Shown in pieces: positions 25,901 through 38,376 of a stretch of 64,000 nt of DNA. The position numbers and the translations under genes are program-made. The first letter of the stretch is position 1; the number at the start of each line of letters is the position of its first letter. Under the pieces are notes generated by a model. It did not search any database. It was not told where the DNA came from and was given only the letters and a program-made list of their open reading frames with translations. This DNA comes from Octopus bimaculoides (taxonomy: Eukaryota), in NCBI RefSeq assembly GCF_001194135.2, contig NC_068986.1, positions 91,653,718-91,717,717 of the forward strand. The letters are read 5' to 3'.

Positions 25901-27769
25901 TAGAATACACTAAATCTACAATAAACATTACTGAAAACAAAATAGAAATTATCCAAGTAACCAGAAAGTCTCTTATCCACTACAAAAACTCCCTGTGGGC
26001 AAATATTCAAACAATCCATTTGTCATAAGCATGGAAGCAAGTGATTCTACAGAGACCAGGGACTTGTTTAGATTCTTCCTTATCTCCAGCTTAAGTCTAG
26101 TTACTGTTTACTTTGAGAATGGTCTTTACAGAGATGGTGGAACTACATCAATGTAACTGCTAACCCCTTCAAAACAAGGTATAGCTGGGACATATTTTTT
26201 GAACACACACATGTACAAAAAGAGTAAGGCACACTGGTTGAAAACAAAAATGATCAAAAGACATGCATAAAATGATAAATAGGTCAAAACACATTTTTAT
26301 AGGAAAACAAATTCATTGTAAACATTAGCTGACATTAAATACATCGAAAAACAGTCAAAAACATTTGTAGAAGACCAGAAATACTCCAATTATTTTAATA
26401 GCAACTTGTAATTTTTTCAATAAATTATTTTATATATTTCTCTTTATATGTGTGTGTGGGTTCATTATGTATAGCACAAACAATTGATTCATTTTATTTT
26501 TGCACATTTCAGTCACTCGACTGTGACCATACTGGGGTTTTGCACTAAAAGGTTTTAGTCAATCAATTTGACTCCTGTTCTTATTTCAAGGTTGCAGCTT
26601 ATTCCAGCAGTTCATTTTTACTGAATCACTGCACAATTTGTATCCAAATTCACACACAAGGCAATGCTTGGCTCAGGGCTATAGTAAAAGACACTTGTTC
26701 AAGGCATCATGCAGTACAACTGAATTCTAAACCATATGGTTGCAAAGTGAAAGTTTTTAACACAGTTACACCTGCATCTATTAAAACTTTTTTTTTTTTT
26801 GCTGTGTGTACTTATATCACCAATTAGCTCTACCCAATAATTTGACTGATACTTAATTTATCGAATCATGAAGGATGTCTAACAAAGTTGATCATGGTAG
26901 AATTTGGTTGCAGAAGTTAAAGGAATTAACCCAGGACCACAGACTATTTTGTTCCATACTCTGAGTTCATTGCTACACCATACATCACCCTTCTAATAAC
27001 TGTCTCTAACATATGCACACAACAAAAGTAATTCAATGGATAGTAGTACTAGACTGATAATTACGCAGTTGACTTCAGTTATTGAATCCAGTACCTCTTT
27101 CTCAAGGACACTAATGATTTTTTTTTTTTTGTCATGAATGTTTATATTTCATGATTATTACTTAAAAATATAAGTTGATTCAAAGATAAATAAACATTGC
27201 ATTATTTCTCAGTATTTGTTAATATATTTCTTTGAAAAATATTTCAACAAATACTCTGCCTGTTTTGTGACTTGTTTTCAATCAATTTTTCTTCCAACCA
27301 ATTTGTTTTTCTTTAAATGTATTCCAAACGAATTTTCATCAAAAGTTCCTAGACACATACGTGCACACACACATGCTTACAAATATGAATATACATGTGC
27401 ATACATTCGCATGTGCACACACAGTGAAGCTGTCAGTTTTGTGAAAAAGATTTAGACAACTCAAGAAATGGAAAACAGTTTTTATGTATTTTTAGATTAC
27501 TATAATTGTTTCAGTTACAACAGTCTTGTGCAATCACTTGCCCAGCAAGTACAACTCTGGAGATACATAAGCGTTTTACACACATAAATTGCAATAATTT
27601 CCAATATGTAAATTGCAATGCAGTAACAGACAATCAAACCACATATATAGAGTGAGTGGCAGGGGAAGCATAATGAGAGTAAATCTATTTGCAGATACAA
27701 CTGTGTTAGTTAGATTGCTTAAACTACACTGCATCACCAATACACAGACACACATTTATATATTATATA

Positions 27770-28370
27770 TATCATCATTTAACATCTGTTTTCCAAGCAA
27801 GCATAGGCTGGACAATTTGACAGGCACTGACCAGCCAGAGAACTGCTCAGCTCTATTTGTCTGTTTTGACATGGTTTCTACAGCTGGATGCTTTTTACAT
27901 GGTGTTATCACAAGTGCTTTTTATGTGGTGCCAGCATGAGCCATAAAGGACTTGCCTGTATACATGGATAACCACAGTTTTACTTACCTTGATGTGTCTT
28001 CTCATGCACAGTAAATCACAAGAAGTCTCAGTCATTCATCATCTCCTCAGTGAGGTGCAACCTCTGGAGATCCTTTCTCACCACCTCATTCCACCCTCTG
28101 GGATGAGGTGGTGAGAAAGGATCTCCAGAGAATCTACCCCTTCTATAGGTTCCCTCCACAATTATAGATTGTGCAGCTGTCCTCAAACACATGCATCTTT
28201 ATACAGCTGTCTCCATCCACATGCATCACATTACTATACCAGTGCAGTCTTCTCTTTTGCACACATCTGATGCCTCTTATCCCTATTACATACATACACA
28301 TCATAAAACAGAATCCAAAAAGATTGGCCTTGGTCTGAACCAGCATGACTTGTATAATCAACAAAAAGAG
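27770..28370 (-). mobile_element. RTE LINE 3' fragment (ORF end plus 3' UTR)
   Basis: RGIRCVQKRRLHWYSNVMHVDGDSC...WNEVVRKDLQRLHLTEEM...EKTHQGK*, followed by the RTE 3' UTR ending at the atcatc tail. Contains an internal hairpin (see findings). Confidence 0.75.
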
Positions 28371-28534
28371 TACAGTGAAGTTACTGCCATAGGGAGTGGA
28401 AAATCCAACACTTTGGATAGGGTCCTAACATAGAGGTTGTAAAACTCACCTGTCAACTTTTCTCTGAAGAAGGACTGTCAGAAATGTTGGACTTTCCATT
28501 CCCCACAGCAAGTACACTGTACTCTGACTATATA

Positions 28535-28569
<35 letters not shown>

Positions 28570-28745
28570 TGGCACGGTTGTGTGGCAAGAAGTTTGCTTC
28601 ACAACCCCATGGTTCTGGGTTCAGCCCCATTGTGTAGCACCTTGGGCAGGTGTCTTCTGCTACAGCTCCAGGTTGACCAGTTATGTGAGTGGGTTTGGTA
28701 GAGAGTAACTGAAAGAAACCTATTTTGTGTGTGTGCACACACACA
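28570..28745 (+). mobile_element. SINE family A head fragment
   Basis: ggcacggttgtgtggcaagaag...ggttcagccc...gaaagaaacc followed by TG/CA repeats. Confidence 0.65.
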
Positions 28746-29279
28746 CACAGCTACATTATCTATTGATGTCTACATGTCTATACACACATGAAGGTATGTA
28801 AGAGTGTGTGGATAGTCAATGAGATGTGTGCATGTCTCTGGTATGATAAAGAACATGATCAAAAACATAAGCCATATTGGAACACACAACTCTACAGAAA
28901 CCAAAAAGTAGCTCTACGAGGCCCAAACCATATCCTCCCGAGAAAATATCAATTCAATAGCAAATTAGATATTGTACAATGTCTGTACAACACATACGCT
29001 AAGCAGTCATCAATCAATATTGTAAAATAACAAGTACTCTTGTATAAATGACACCGAGTATAACATATACTCAACACCACCACCTTACACTGTTCTCATT
29101 CTACAAAAGTGCCTCCCAAAAATATACGTCAACCTGTATAGAATATGCTGTACTCAATCACCACCCAGCACTAAAATAGGCAGATACAACTTATGCAGCA
29201 CATATGAAATGAAAATCATGATTCAACAAAAAATTGAAACCCAGAACAGAAGCAACATACAAAATACACACACAAAAGA

Positions 29280-29600
29280 CATAGGCGTGGCTGTATGGTT
29301 GAGAATCTTGCTTCTTAACCCTGTGGTTTCAAGTTCAGTTCCATTGCAAGCACCTTGGGCAAATATCTTCTACAATAGCCCTGGGCTGACCAAAGCCTCG
29401 AGTGGATTTGGCATATGGAAACTGAAAGAAACCTGTTGTATGAGTATGGTTATTCTACTTGTTTCAGTCATTTGACTGAGCCATGCTGGAGCACTACCTT
29501 GAAGGGTTTTAGTCAAACAAATTGACCACAGGACTTATATTTTTTTAAGCTGAGTACTTTGTCTATTTTGCTGAACCACTAAGTTATGGAGACAAATACA
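29280..29600. mobile_element. SINE family A head (+) joined to an inverted tail fragment (-)
   Basis: 29280-29440 matches the head in + orientation. 29455-29600 matches the reverse complement of the tail. Confidence 0.6.
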
Positions 29601-29639
29601 GACACAAAGACACACACAGATATATACATACATATCTCT

Positions 29640-30351
29640 TGCATTGAGGACATCTATCTCACTTCATTTCTCTATTAAGTCTTCATTCTCAGGCACTTCA
29701 ACACAACTTCTCATGGCCCTCTAACTAATCCCACACAGGATTCTAGTGCTAAAATAGAAGCCTTTGCAATCTTTAATTCTCTAAAGCAACTTATCTTCTA
29801 CACATACCCCAAATGACAAATAGCCAAAACACACCGATCCCTTTCTCACTTCCAAACATAATCTCTATCAAACTGTAAGAGTCTCCATACTTATCAGCTC
29901 ACCCAACTACAGCTGATCCATTTGGTCCCCTTGCCAATCCTCTTTCCACCTCCAGTGATGGTCCTGTAAGCAATACTCTCACTTCCACCTTTTTTCTGCC
30001 TGGTTTTGCAGCTAGCTCCACACTACAAACATTTGGTAAATTACTTCCATATCTTCCCTTTCGAGGTTCACCACTTTGCAGGCATAGGAAAATTTCCCTG
30101 CTACTTCTATGTTGAAAGACATGAGTTTTTACAAAAGTGTACAAGTTACTTTGGGTGAATGTGTGTATAATACATTTTATTTGGTCTTTCTGTATATACT
30201 GGGTGGCATTTTCCAATGTGTTCTTTCCTAAATTAAGATGGCTTGAAATAAACTTTGTTAGATATGACTGATCTGAATCTAACAGCTCTAGAACTATTTC
30301 AGTCACAACAGTCCCATTTTTTTTTATAAGAGGAACTATACTGTTCAATAT
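29640..30351 (-). mobile_element. Degraded L1/Tx1-like LINE, ORF2 3' region
   Basis: The ORF 29899-30375 and neighbouring frames give KDQIKCIIHTF...LYTFVK and TKCL*CGASC (zinc-finger-like), resembling the element at 43160-43700. Confidence 0.45.
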
Positions 30352-30531
30352 TTCATATGTGTATTTCGTGTGCAAGATTCTTGATGTGGATACGTGTGTT
30401 GAAAGAAATACAATTAAACCTTGGGAGAGGCATTATGCCGGTAATAAACACACGCACAGTGCGTGTGTTTATTACCGGCATAATGCCTCTCCCATGGTTT
30501 AATTGTATACTGTTCAATATATCCTTCAAGA

Positions 30532-30890
30532 CAAAGGTTTTCAACCATTTTTTATCCATGGACCAATTTGATTACTATTTTATTCTGGTGGACCTCCACA
30601 GCCATTCGATGTTTCAAAACTAGTTTTATAGACATGTCTTTCACATTTCTTTTTTTTTTTTTTTTTTTTCAAACATTAACTTGAGTAGGTTGAACTATGT
30701 AAAATGTTAGAGGAAGAAACCTAGCTGTTTTCTTGCAATACATACAAATACATATATCTAAAGCAATATTTTTTTCAGGGGCCCTTAAAATACTATTGTT
30801 GATCCCCAATTTATCATTTTGTTGCATGGACCCCACAAAATCTTATAATGGACCCTCAGGGGCCACATAGACCCCAATTGAGAACCACTG
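30532..30890. mobile_element. hAT (Charlie-like) MITE, copy 1
   Basis: Termini CAAAGGTTTTCAACC and TTGAGAACCACTG. Near-TSD CTTCAAGA / CTTTAAGA (7 of 8). Homologous to 47511-47830. Confidence 0.7.
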
Positions 30891-31184
30891 CTTTAAGACA
30901 GAGTGAAATTTATGAGAGATTTGACTGCTATTTGGAGTATGTCAAGCAATATTAAAACTTGTCTACAAATGAGCAGTACCATCTCTCTCTAACATTTTCT
31001 ATATCACCTGGGGTTTGAACTAAGAACAAACTTAATTACTTTAGTAAGATAGTTGCCATTACTTGTGGTAGGAGTTTTAACTTAGCCAACAAGAGGACAA
31101 AAAAGGACTTTTTCTGTTACATATAATTTATTGTTCCATGGCTTGAATGGGAATTGACTTTGAGGCAGGACTTTACAAGTGATT

Positions 31185-31650
31185 GTCTAGGCTTGGTATG
31201 GTTGTGTGATCTCAGGTTCAATCCCATTGTGTGGCACAGCAGGCAAGTGTCTTCTACTTCAGGTCTGGGCTTTGTTTGTAGATTTGGTAGATGGAAACTT
31301 GAAGAATCCCATTGTGTGTGTGTGTGTGTGTGTGTATATACACATATACATGTGCCAATGCATAAACCTCTTAAACCTTGAGTCACTGTTGCTTCAGCTA
31401 TATATATGTATGTATATGTGTATAGCCTTGTCGACATCATGTGATGATTGTAAACGAGCATCACCATCATATAAGTAATGTCCATTTCTAGCCTTCTGTG
31501 AGAAACATGTCTGGTCATGGGGAAATATTACCAGGCTTGGAAACAGGTGAGGGCTGATGACAGTAAGAACATCTATCCATAGAAAATCTGCCTCAACAAA
31601 TTCCGCCTGACCCATGCAAGCATGGAAAAGTGGACATTAAATAATGATGA
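31185..31650 (+). mobile_element. SINE with family-A head and RTE-like tail (family B)
   Basis: tRNA-like head, (TG)n, then ggaaacaggtgagggctg...cccatgcaagcatggaaaagtggacattaaa...gatgatg, sharing the RTE 3' end. Confidence 0.7.
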
Positions 31651-34600
31651 TGTTGTTCTTGGTAACACTCAGCTGTTTTTCAAGTAAGGAATTTTTACAA
31701 ATATACATATCAATGCACAAATACCATAAGATTACACACTCAATCACTTTCTAAGCATAACCACTTTTTCTCCAACAGTTATTTGGAACATGTCAAGCAA
31801 TGTTAAAAACTTGTCTACAAATGAGAAGCACCATCTCTCTCTTTCTCTTCTAACATTTTCTATATCACCTGGGGTTTGAACTAAGAACGAACTTAATTAC
31901 TTTAGAAAGATAGTTGCCAATAGATGTGGTAGGAGTTTTCACTTGCTTTAGATGTAGGTTTCTTTCTACAGAGGTTTTTAGAGTCAGTGAGAAATTTGCT
32001 CATCTTACAGGACAAGTGAAAGATGATGTAAATAAATAATGCTACACAATATATAGGAGGTTCTTTGAAAGAATCTATTTCTGGAGACTCACCAAGCTAG
32101 CCTTCACAAATGGAATCATTGCATGAACAGACAAAACTGTAGTTGAATTTTGGGTGAAAAGAGAATGAAAATAGTTAAAAGGAAGAGAATAATTTCAGAG
32201 AAGAAATAGTTTTTTTCCTTTTGCACCAGACTTCCTATTACTTTTATGGTTTATGAAAAAGCTGCACACAGCTGAATAGTTTGCTATAAAAGAGAGAAAA
32301 GAAAAACAATTCCTGGAAATCAAGAACATGAACATTCTTCAATATGGACAACTTAATCTCTATGCCTGACATATGAAAAACAACTAACACTTTCAAAGTC
32401 ACTATAAGTTTGAAGTCTAGATTTTGAAATGAAATATTCCTGTTATTATAAAGACCCTAGGATCAGAAAATACTTCAACTCATATCTAAGACAGTGCTGC
32501 ATCTACTAAACATAGATACTAGAGTGCACTCAGCAGATTGCCAAATAACCACTCAAAATTACTACAAACAGTAGCTTGCAGATGCACCATTTCTTCCCTT
32601 TGTTTTTCTAAATTATTACAATGGTTGCTCTTCCTCTGAACTAGTTAGTTGCATTTACCTAGACTATGTCTAACAAACACACTCACCTCTCTCCTTATCA
32701 TCCCTATGGTGTTTCATCCACCAACTTTCACACAAAATGGTTTTTCTAGTCATTCCTCCAAGAACTTCTTTCCTCTAGAAATTTCAATTTTTTTTTCAGT
32801 TTCTTTTTCCTGCATACATCAATCTAAAAATGTTCAAAGTAACTTTAAAAAAAAATATTTGTCTGAAAAATACACCAAATAAAAATCTCAGTAATTAACA
32901 AAAGATAGTGCAGTAGCCATGTCTTGCCATTCACTTGATACTGTAAGAATCTGACACGAAGGGTATACATGTCCACTTTTTTCAGTTTACAAAGATTGGA
33001 CAAGTCTCAGTATCTCACAGTTTGTTGCAGTCCTTCATGTAGCAAAAACAGCAACATAAACCAGCCATTTTCCTTCTCGCTTATATCAAACACACACACC
33101 TCCACACTAACATAAACTGTATGGATTGTTTTGCTCCAAGCCAGTTTTATTCAGACTTACTGCCCTCCTTGATAGGTGGAAAGATCACATCTCACTAGTG
33201 CATTTCATTTATTGGGTTTGTTTCTATACCTGCATGCTCCTCATAATATCAATCCCTTTACAGAATATACTGGGTGAGTTACATCATGGTATCATCGCTA
33301 GAGAACCTATCATGTCCTTCACAAATCTAAAGGGTCCTCTGATTATATTGTCTTTGCTTGATTGTTGACCACTCTATGGCGTTACCTTTTTGGTAGAATA
33401 ACCCTCCACCACAAAACATCGACGTTAAAGAAGGTGGACGTTAAACGATGATGATGATGATATATATATACATACACATATATATATTTATTTATTCAGT
33501 TTACATGTCTTCCCATGCTAGAGGGTTAAATAAATACTTAGTGAAGTATTATTTCATAGCAAGATATTTTTCTTGCCATTAACCCTTACCTGTTTTTCAA
33601 GTAAAGGATTTTTATTCCACTATCTCCAAAAGCACAGCGCTACAGGGCAATTTGTTAACAGGAAATGTTGACATCATTTAGCACATACAGTTTCTTGTGA
33701 AGGAGCAGAATATAAACATTGACAGACTTACATACATTCATATACAGAGACACACATACACACTCACATCACTTCCACTCACTAAGTATTGGTTAGGCCA
33801 AGACTACAGTAGAGGGCATGTACCCAATGAGATACAAATCAAAATTGTGTGATTATGAAGCAAACTTCATATCCACACAGCTATGCATATACACATACAC
33901 TGATTAGATTTATTTTGCAAGGGTTATTCTTCTCACAAAAAGACACAAACTAGGTGCAGTTCACTTCTTTACTAATTGTTTTATCAGGTAAAAGAAACAA
34001 CAAACCAGTATAAAAAAGACCAAACACTGAACAAAGCAGTCATGGAGAACTTCAGCAAGAAGTCTAAACATAATGAAACACTGACAAATCCTTCAATTAG
34101 TGAAGTAAACTATAACCAGTGTACATGTTAAAAATGCCCCTCCTACTATAAATTTCCAGTCTCATATGATGGATCTTACACACACACACATTATAATAAT
34201 TATCATCAATTTTACATCTACTTTCCATGCTAATGTTTGAATGGGTTAGAGGATCATGTGCCTCCAAGCTGAAGCTTGTTGAAGAATGTATAAGTTCATA
34301 CTGCTCAAACTGATGTAAAAGACATAAAAAAAGGAAAATATAACCAATTGTACATCTATTTTTTTACATCTGCATTTGCAAGCTGGTTTACCATGGACAA
34401 GATAGCTTCAACACAGCATTGTTTCACTATCACATTTATTTTTCATTTCCTTGGGAAGGTATCTGCTTTAACCATATCTGCCTATGTTTTCTGTCTTCTT
34501 ATATAGGTTCCTTCCACTTACATAATTTGAACCTTTTCCTCACTATTTTTAACAGGAATACATACATACACATCATCGTTTTAACATCCACTTTTCTTGC

Positions 34601-35199
34601 CTCAATGGGTCAGAGTTTGAGATTTTCTATGGACTGATGCCCTTCCTGTCACCAAGCAAGCAATAGAAAATTTACACACATACATATATACACACGTGTA
34701 CATATACGTATACTGTATATTATGATGGCTTATGAGTAAAATTAGTCTGCATCATAATCACAAAAGCAGGGTTGAGGTTAATGGTGTGTGATGGTTCAAA
34801 AAAAGGCCTGCTAAAACTGAGATGTATATTACAAGATATCGAAATACAGCACGTATTTTATTGGTTTAAAATACTGAACTTCTCCCATGCTGGATAGTAC
34901 ACAGAATGCAAAGAGGACAATGGTGCATAAAATATAACTCAAACAAATATAAATACCACACGATATTTCTGTTCAATTATATCAATTTTAATCCCAGCCT
35001 AAATCTACTAAATTTTACTGAAGAAACTGGTCAACATGAAGCTATTGTAGAAGGCAGTTGCCACGGTGCTGTGCAGCGAACACATTAAGAACAATGTGGG
35101 TGTGAAACTAAAATAACGGTACGTGCCTGCGCCCATTTTATGTATATATAATATATATCATCATCGTTTAAAGTCCGCCTTCCATGCCGGCATGGACAC

Positions 35200-35410
35200 A
35201 CACATACACAACAGAGTACATAAGTGCAAAACAAGGTGGAAAAAATAGTACTCGAATACTGAAGGTAGAGTAATATGCTTTTATTAAAGGTGCAAAATTA
35301 TCACAAGACTTACTCAGTTTCACGTTCACGTTCCTCGGATATCACAACTATCCGACGAACGGGAACATGAAACTGAGTACCAGTCTTGTGATCATTTTGC
35401 AGTTTTAAGT
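35200..35410. repeat. Fold-back repeat element next to (TA)n and a gap
   Basis: Inverted arms of about 51 bp (35291-35341 and 35349-35401) with a 7-nt loop and a few mismatches. Confidence 0.6.
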
Positions 35411-38198
35411 ATTATATATATNNNNNNNNNNNNNNNNNNNNNNNNNNNNNNNNNNNNNNATATATATACACCTTTGTTACTCATTATCTGAAAATGAACG
35501 TCTGAAGAAATATTGCTTTTGTAAAATACACCACACATTAGTTTGTAATATGCACCTTGCCCGTCGATTTACTATATCGATTTATTATCAAATACGTTTC
35601 ATAGCTTCATAAGGTTTAATCTATACACAAACCTATGTTCATGTATTTAATTGTCAGATAGGTGAATTAGTAACTCAATATAAGAGTAATATTTCATCAT
35701 TTCACAACTAGTAAGATTGTGTGGCAAGAGAGGGGAAAAAATCGAGATCGAACTCCCTGAGATTTGAACAGAAGATACAGGCTAGACACCGTGAGGCATC
35801 GAAATAAAATTTGATAGGAATTTTTAAGCGAGACAGATACAAGGCGCTTCTTGATTTCCTTTGTAAAAGAGTGTTTCCAATGGTGAAAATTTAAAAGTTC
35901 TTATGGGCGAAAATTTGGAAGTTTTTAATGGTCAAATTTATTACGATCTATAATATAATAAAGAAAGCTTCATTAGTAATGATACAAGAATCTGCAACAA
36001 TCTCTTTTGATACATATCCATAGGTATCCATCTATACAATCAAGTTCATATCTTCACCACGTTTAAGCGAACCTGAATGGGATACAGCCTAGAATTTGGC
36101 AATAAAGTAAATGTTTCGGGTTATTTACTGCCAACTGTTCGTTCTTCGATTAACATTCAATACTCTTGGAAAGTTAATAGATATGCTTTGCGCACGTTAA
36201 TTAGGAATGTTATCAAAATATTTGGTACGTATATATTAATGACAACATCGCACTTGCTTCATAGGATTTGTTCCTTAGTAGTTTCACTTTACCGCATATA
36301 CACTTCCTTTCATTTTTGGCCAGACCCAGGAAACGAAGTAGTGCCGAAACAAAGATCAATTTTGCAAGGGTAATGAAATTCGGTCGATAATTCATATCCC
36401 CGCCCACTTAGTACTTTATCAACTCAGAAAAATGTATTTTAACACTGGCACAAGGCCACAAATTTTAGTGGCAGGGATGTTGTCGATTAAATCGATCGCA
36501 GTTCTTGACTGGAACTTATTTATTGATCATATTAAGGACGAAAAGGTAAGGTCGACACAAACAGGGTATTCTGAATTCAGTTCACCAAAGGATATCACTA
36601 AATACTGCGAGGCATATTAATCAGGCACTATGTTCCTGCCATCTATCGCCTGTAATATGTTCCTGGCTAGACACAAAGCCAATTTTTAGAGCAGAAATGA
36701 TATACTTCTTCGTAGTATCGACAAGAACACATTACTGATATCTATATTAGCGATCCTCGTACTTTGGTGTAGGATGAAAGGCGACTTACAAAGACCGCAG
36801 CAATGATTCCATTTCGAATAAGCAACAGGCAAATTTATGTATAGAGGGAGGAAGTGAGAGGGGTGTAGTCGCATGAATCGTCAAATATGTTACTGGTACT
36901 TATAATAATAATGCACCAAACTCTCATAAGCACGTACCCAAACAGCTATCAAAATTCCGTAATTATTACTTTCATAGTACAATCTATAAAGAGATTCAAC
37001 AGTTACTGATATCCAAATCATTAACACAATTCATCGATCATTTCCTTCACCCTGGACCTTAGATACGGCAACTATCTAGACGGTTAAGAAAATAACGAAC
37101 GGGCAACCCATCCTTGCTTTCAATAAAACGCACACAAGAAACAAAAGGCTTCAAATTTCCAGAAGCAAAAAAGTATGAAAAGGGTTAACGTTCATGAACT
37201 TCCAAACAAATTTTGTTTTCTACAGCTGCTTTTTTGTGTCAGGTGGATGAGAGGAAGATGACAAGAGAAGTGAAATCGTTTCAATCTGGAATCGAAACTT
37301 GGTCTGAAGATTCAACAAGCAAGCAAATTACATGTTTGCGACGCTCAAGAATTTGGGTTGCTTATGTTTTACCAACCACTAACACCAATGCAGATAAATT
37401 AGCAAATATTAATAACTATATGCACAAGTTTTATATAATACACATACATACATACATAGATACACGCGTGCGCGTAAGTACAGTTGATGTGTGGCATCAA
37501 GTGTATCAGTATGGAAACGCACTAGACAAAAATAATAAAAAAACGCTCGTTTGGGATTTCCTTTTTCTGTATCTTTTTTATCTTCTATATATATATATGT
37601 ATATATATATTTCGAAACAAGTGCAGCCATTGATACAAGGCAAACATCAGCAGTGATACATACACTGCATGCAACAATGCGCAGCACTGTTCACTTCCGT
37701 AGGGACCTGCAAGAATGACAAGCAAAAGGTTGTAAATTATTTCACGAGCAAGGGACATTGGACAACCATTGGAAAGAGAGAGATAACAAGGGACCTGAAT
37801 GGAACACTGAACTGTGCAAACCTGGCCACAATATCAGGGACCATATATCTGAATAGATTGCATTACAAATTAACTCCCGACTTTGTGGTCATCGTTCGTG
37901 TATGCCAAAGAAGTATTTAAAAAAAAATCATATAATTTCCGTTTCCATGCATCAGTGAACAGGGATAAAACGTTGAAAAGACATGACAAGATGATTTAAT
38001 AGTTCATTTCTAATTGACAAACTCATGAAAACGGGATAATTAAGGTGAATGACAACATTAGAGATAGTAAAAGTCGTACATAAATTGAAGGATCAGTTTT
38101 AAACTGTAACTCCATCACAAATTATTCCCCCAATTTATAACCATTGGTTAACGTAAAAAAAAATGAATTATCATCGAATATCAATACGTTTTGCTTAC

Positions 38199-38376
38199 CC
38201 GATAGGTTTGATTCTTTGAGTAGACAACCAGATGTGACATCATATACTTTCAGTGTATGTGCTTTTGTGGCCACGATAATTGTATTGAGTGTTGGGTGGT
38301 AAGTGACTCCAGTGGCAGCTTCTCCTACAGATAAACATCCGTCTTCACCAACATACCACTTAACCGTGGTCGCCAT
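38199..38376 (-). CDS. BIRC6: BIRC6/BRUCE (baculoviral IAP repeat-containing 6) coding exon 1; remainder of the gene not identified in the window
   Basis: MATTVKWYVGEDGCLSVGEAATGVTYHPTLNTIIVATKAHTLKVYDVTSGCLLKESNLS resembles the BIRC6 N-terminus (W..RDGC....LSYHPALNAIL....IKVIDGTSGATLQASALS). Strong context aagATGGCG. Donor G|GTAAGC at 38198, phase 1. An in-frame upstream ATG exists at 38421. Confidence 0.85.

Noticed and set aside
29899-30375. 158-aa ORF as a possible host gene or BIRC6 exon
   Set aside because: Better explained as an L1/Tx1-like ORF2 remnant whose 5' end is supplied by the palindromic insertion. Similarity to BIRC6 is only superficial.
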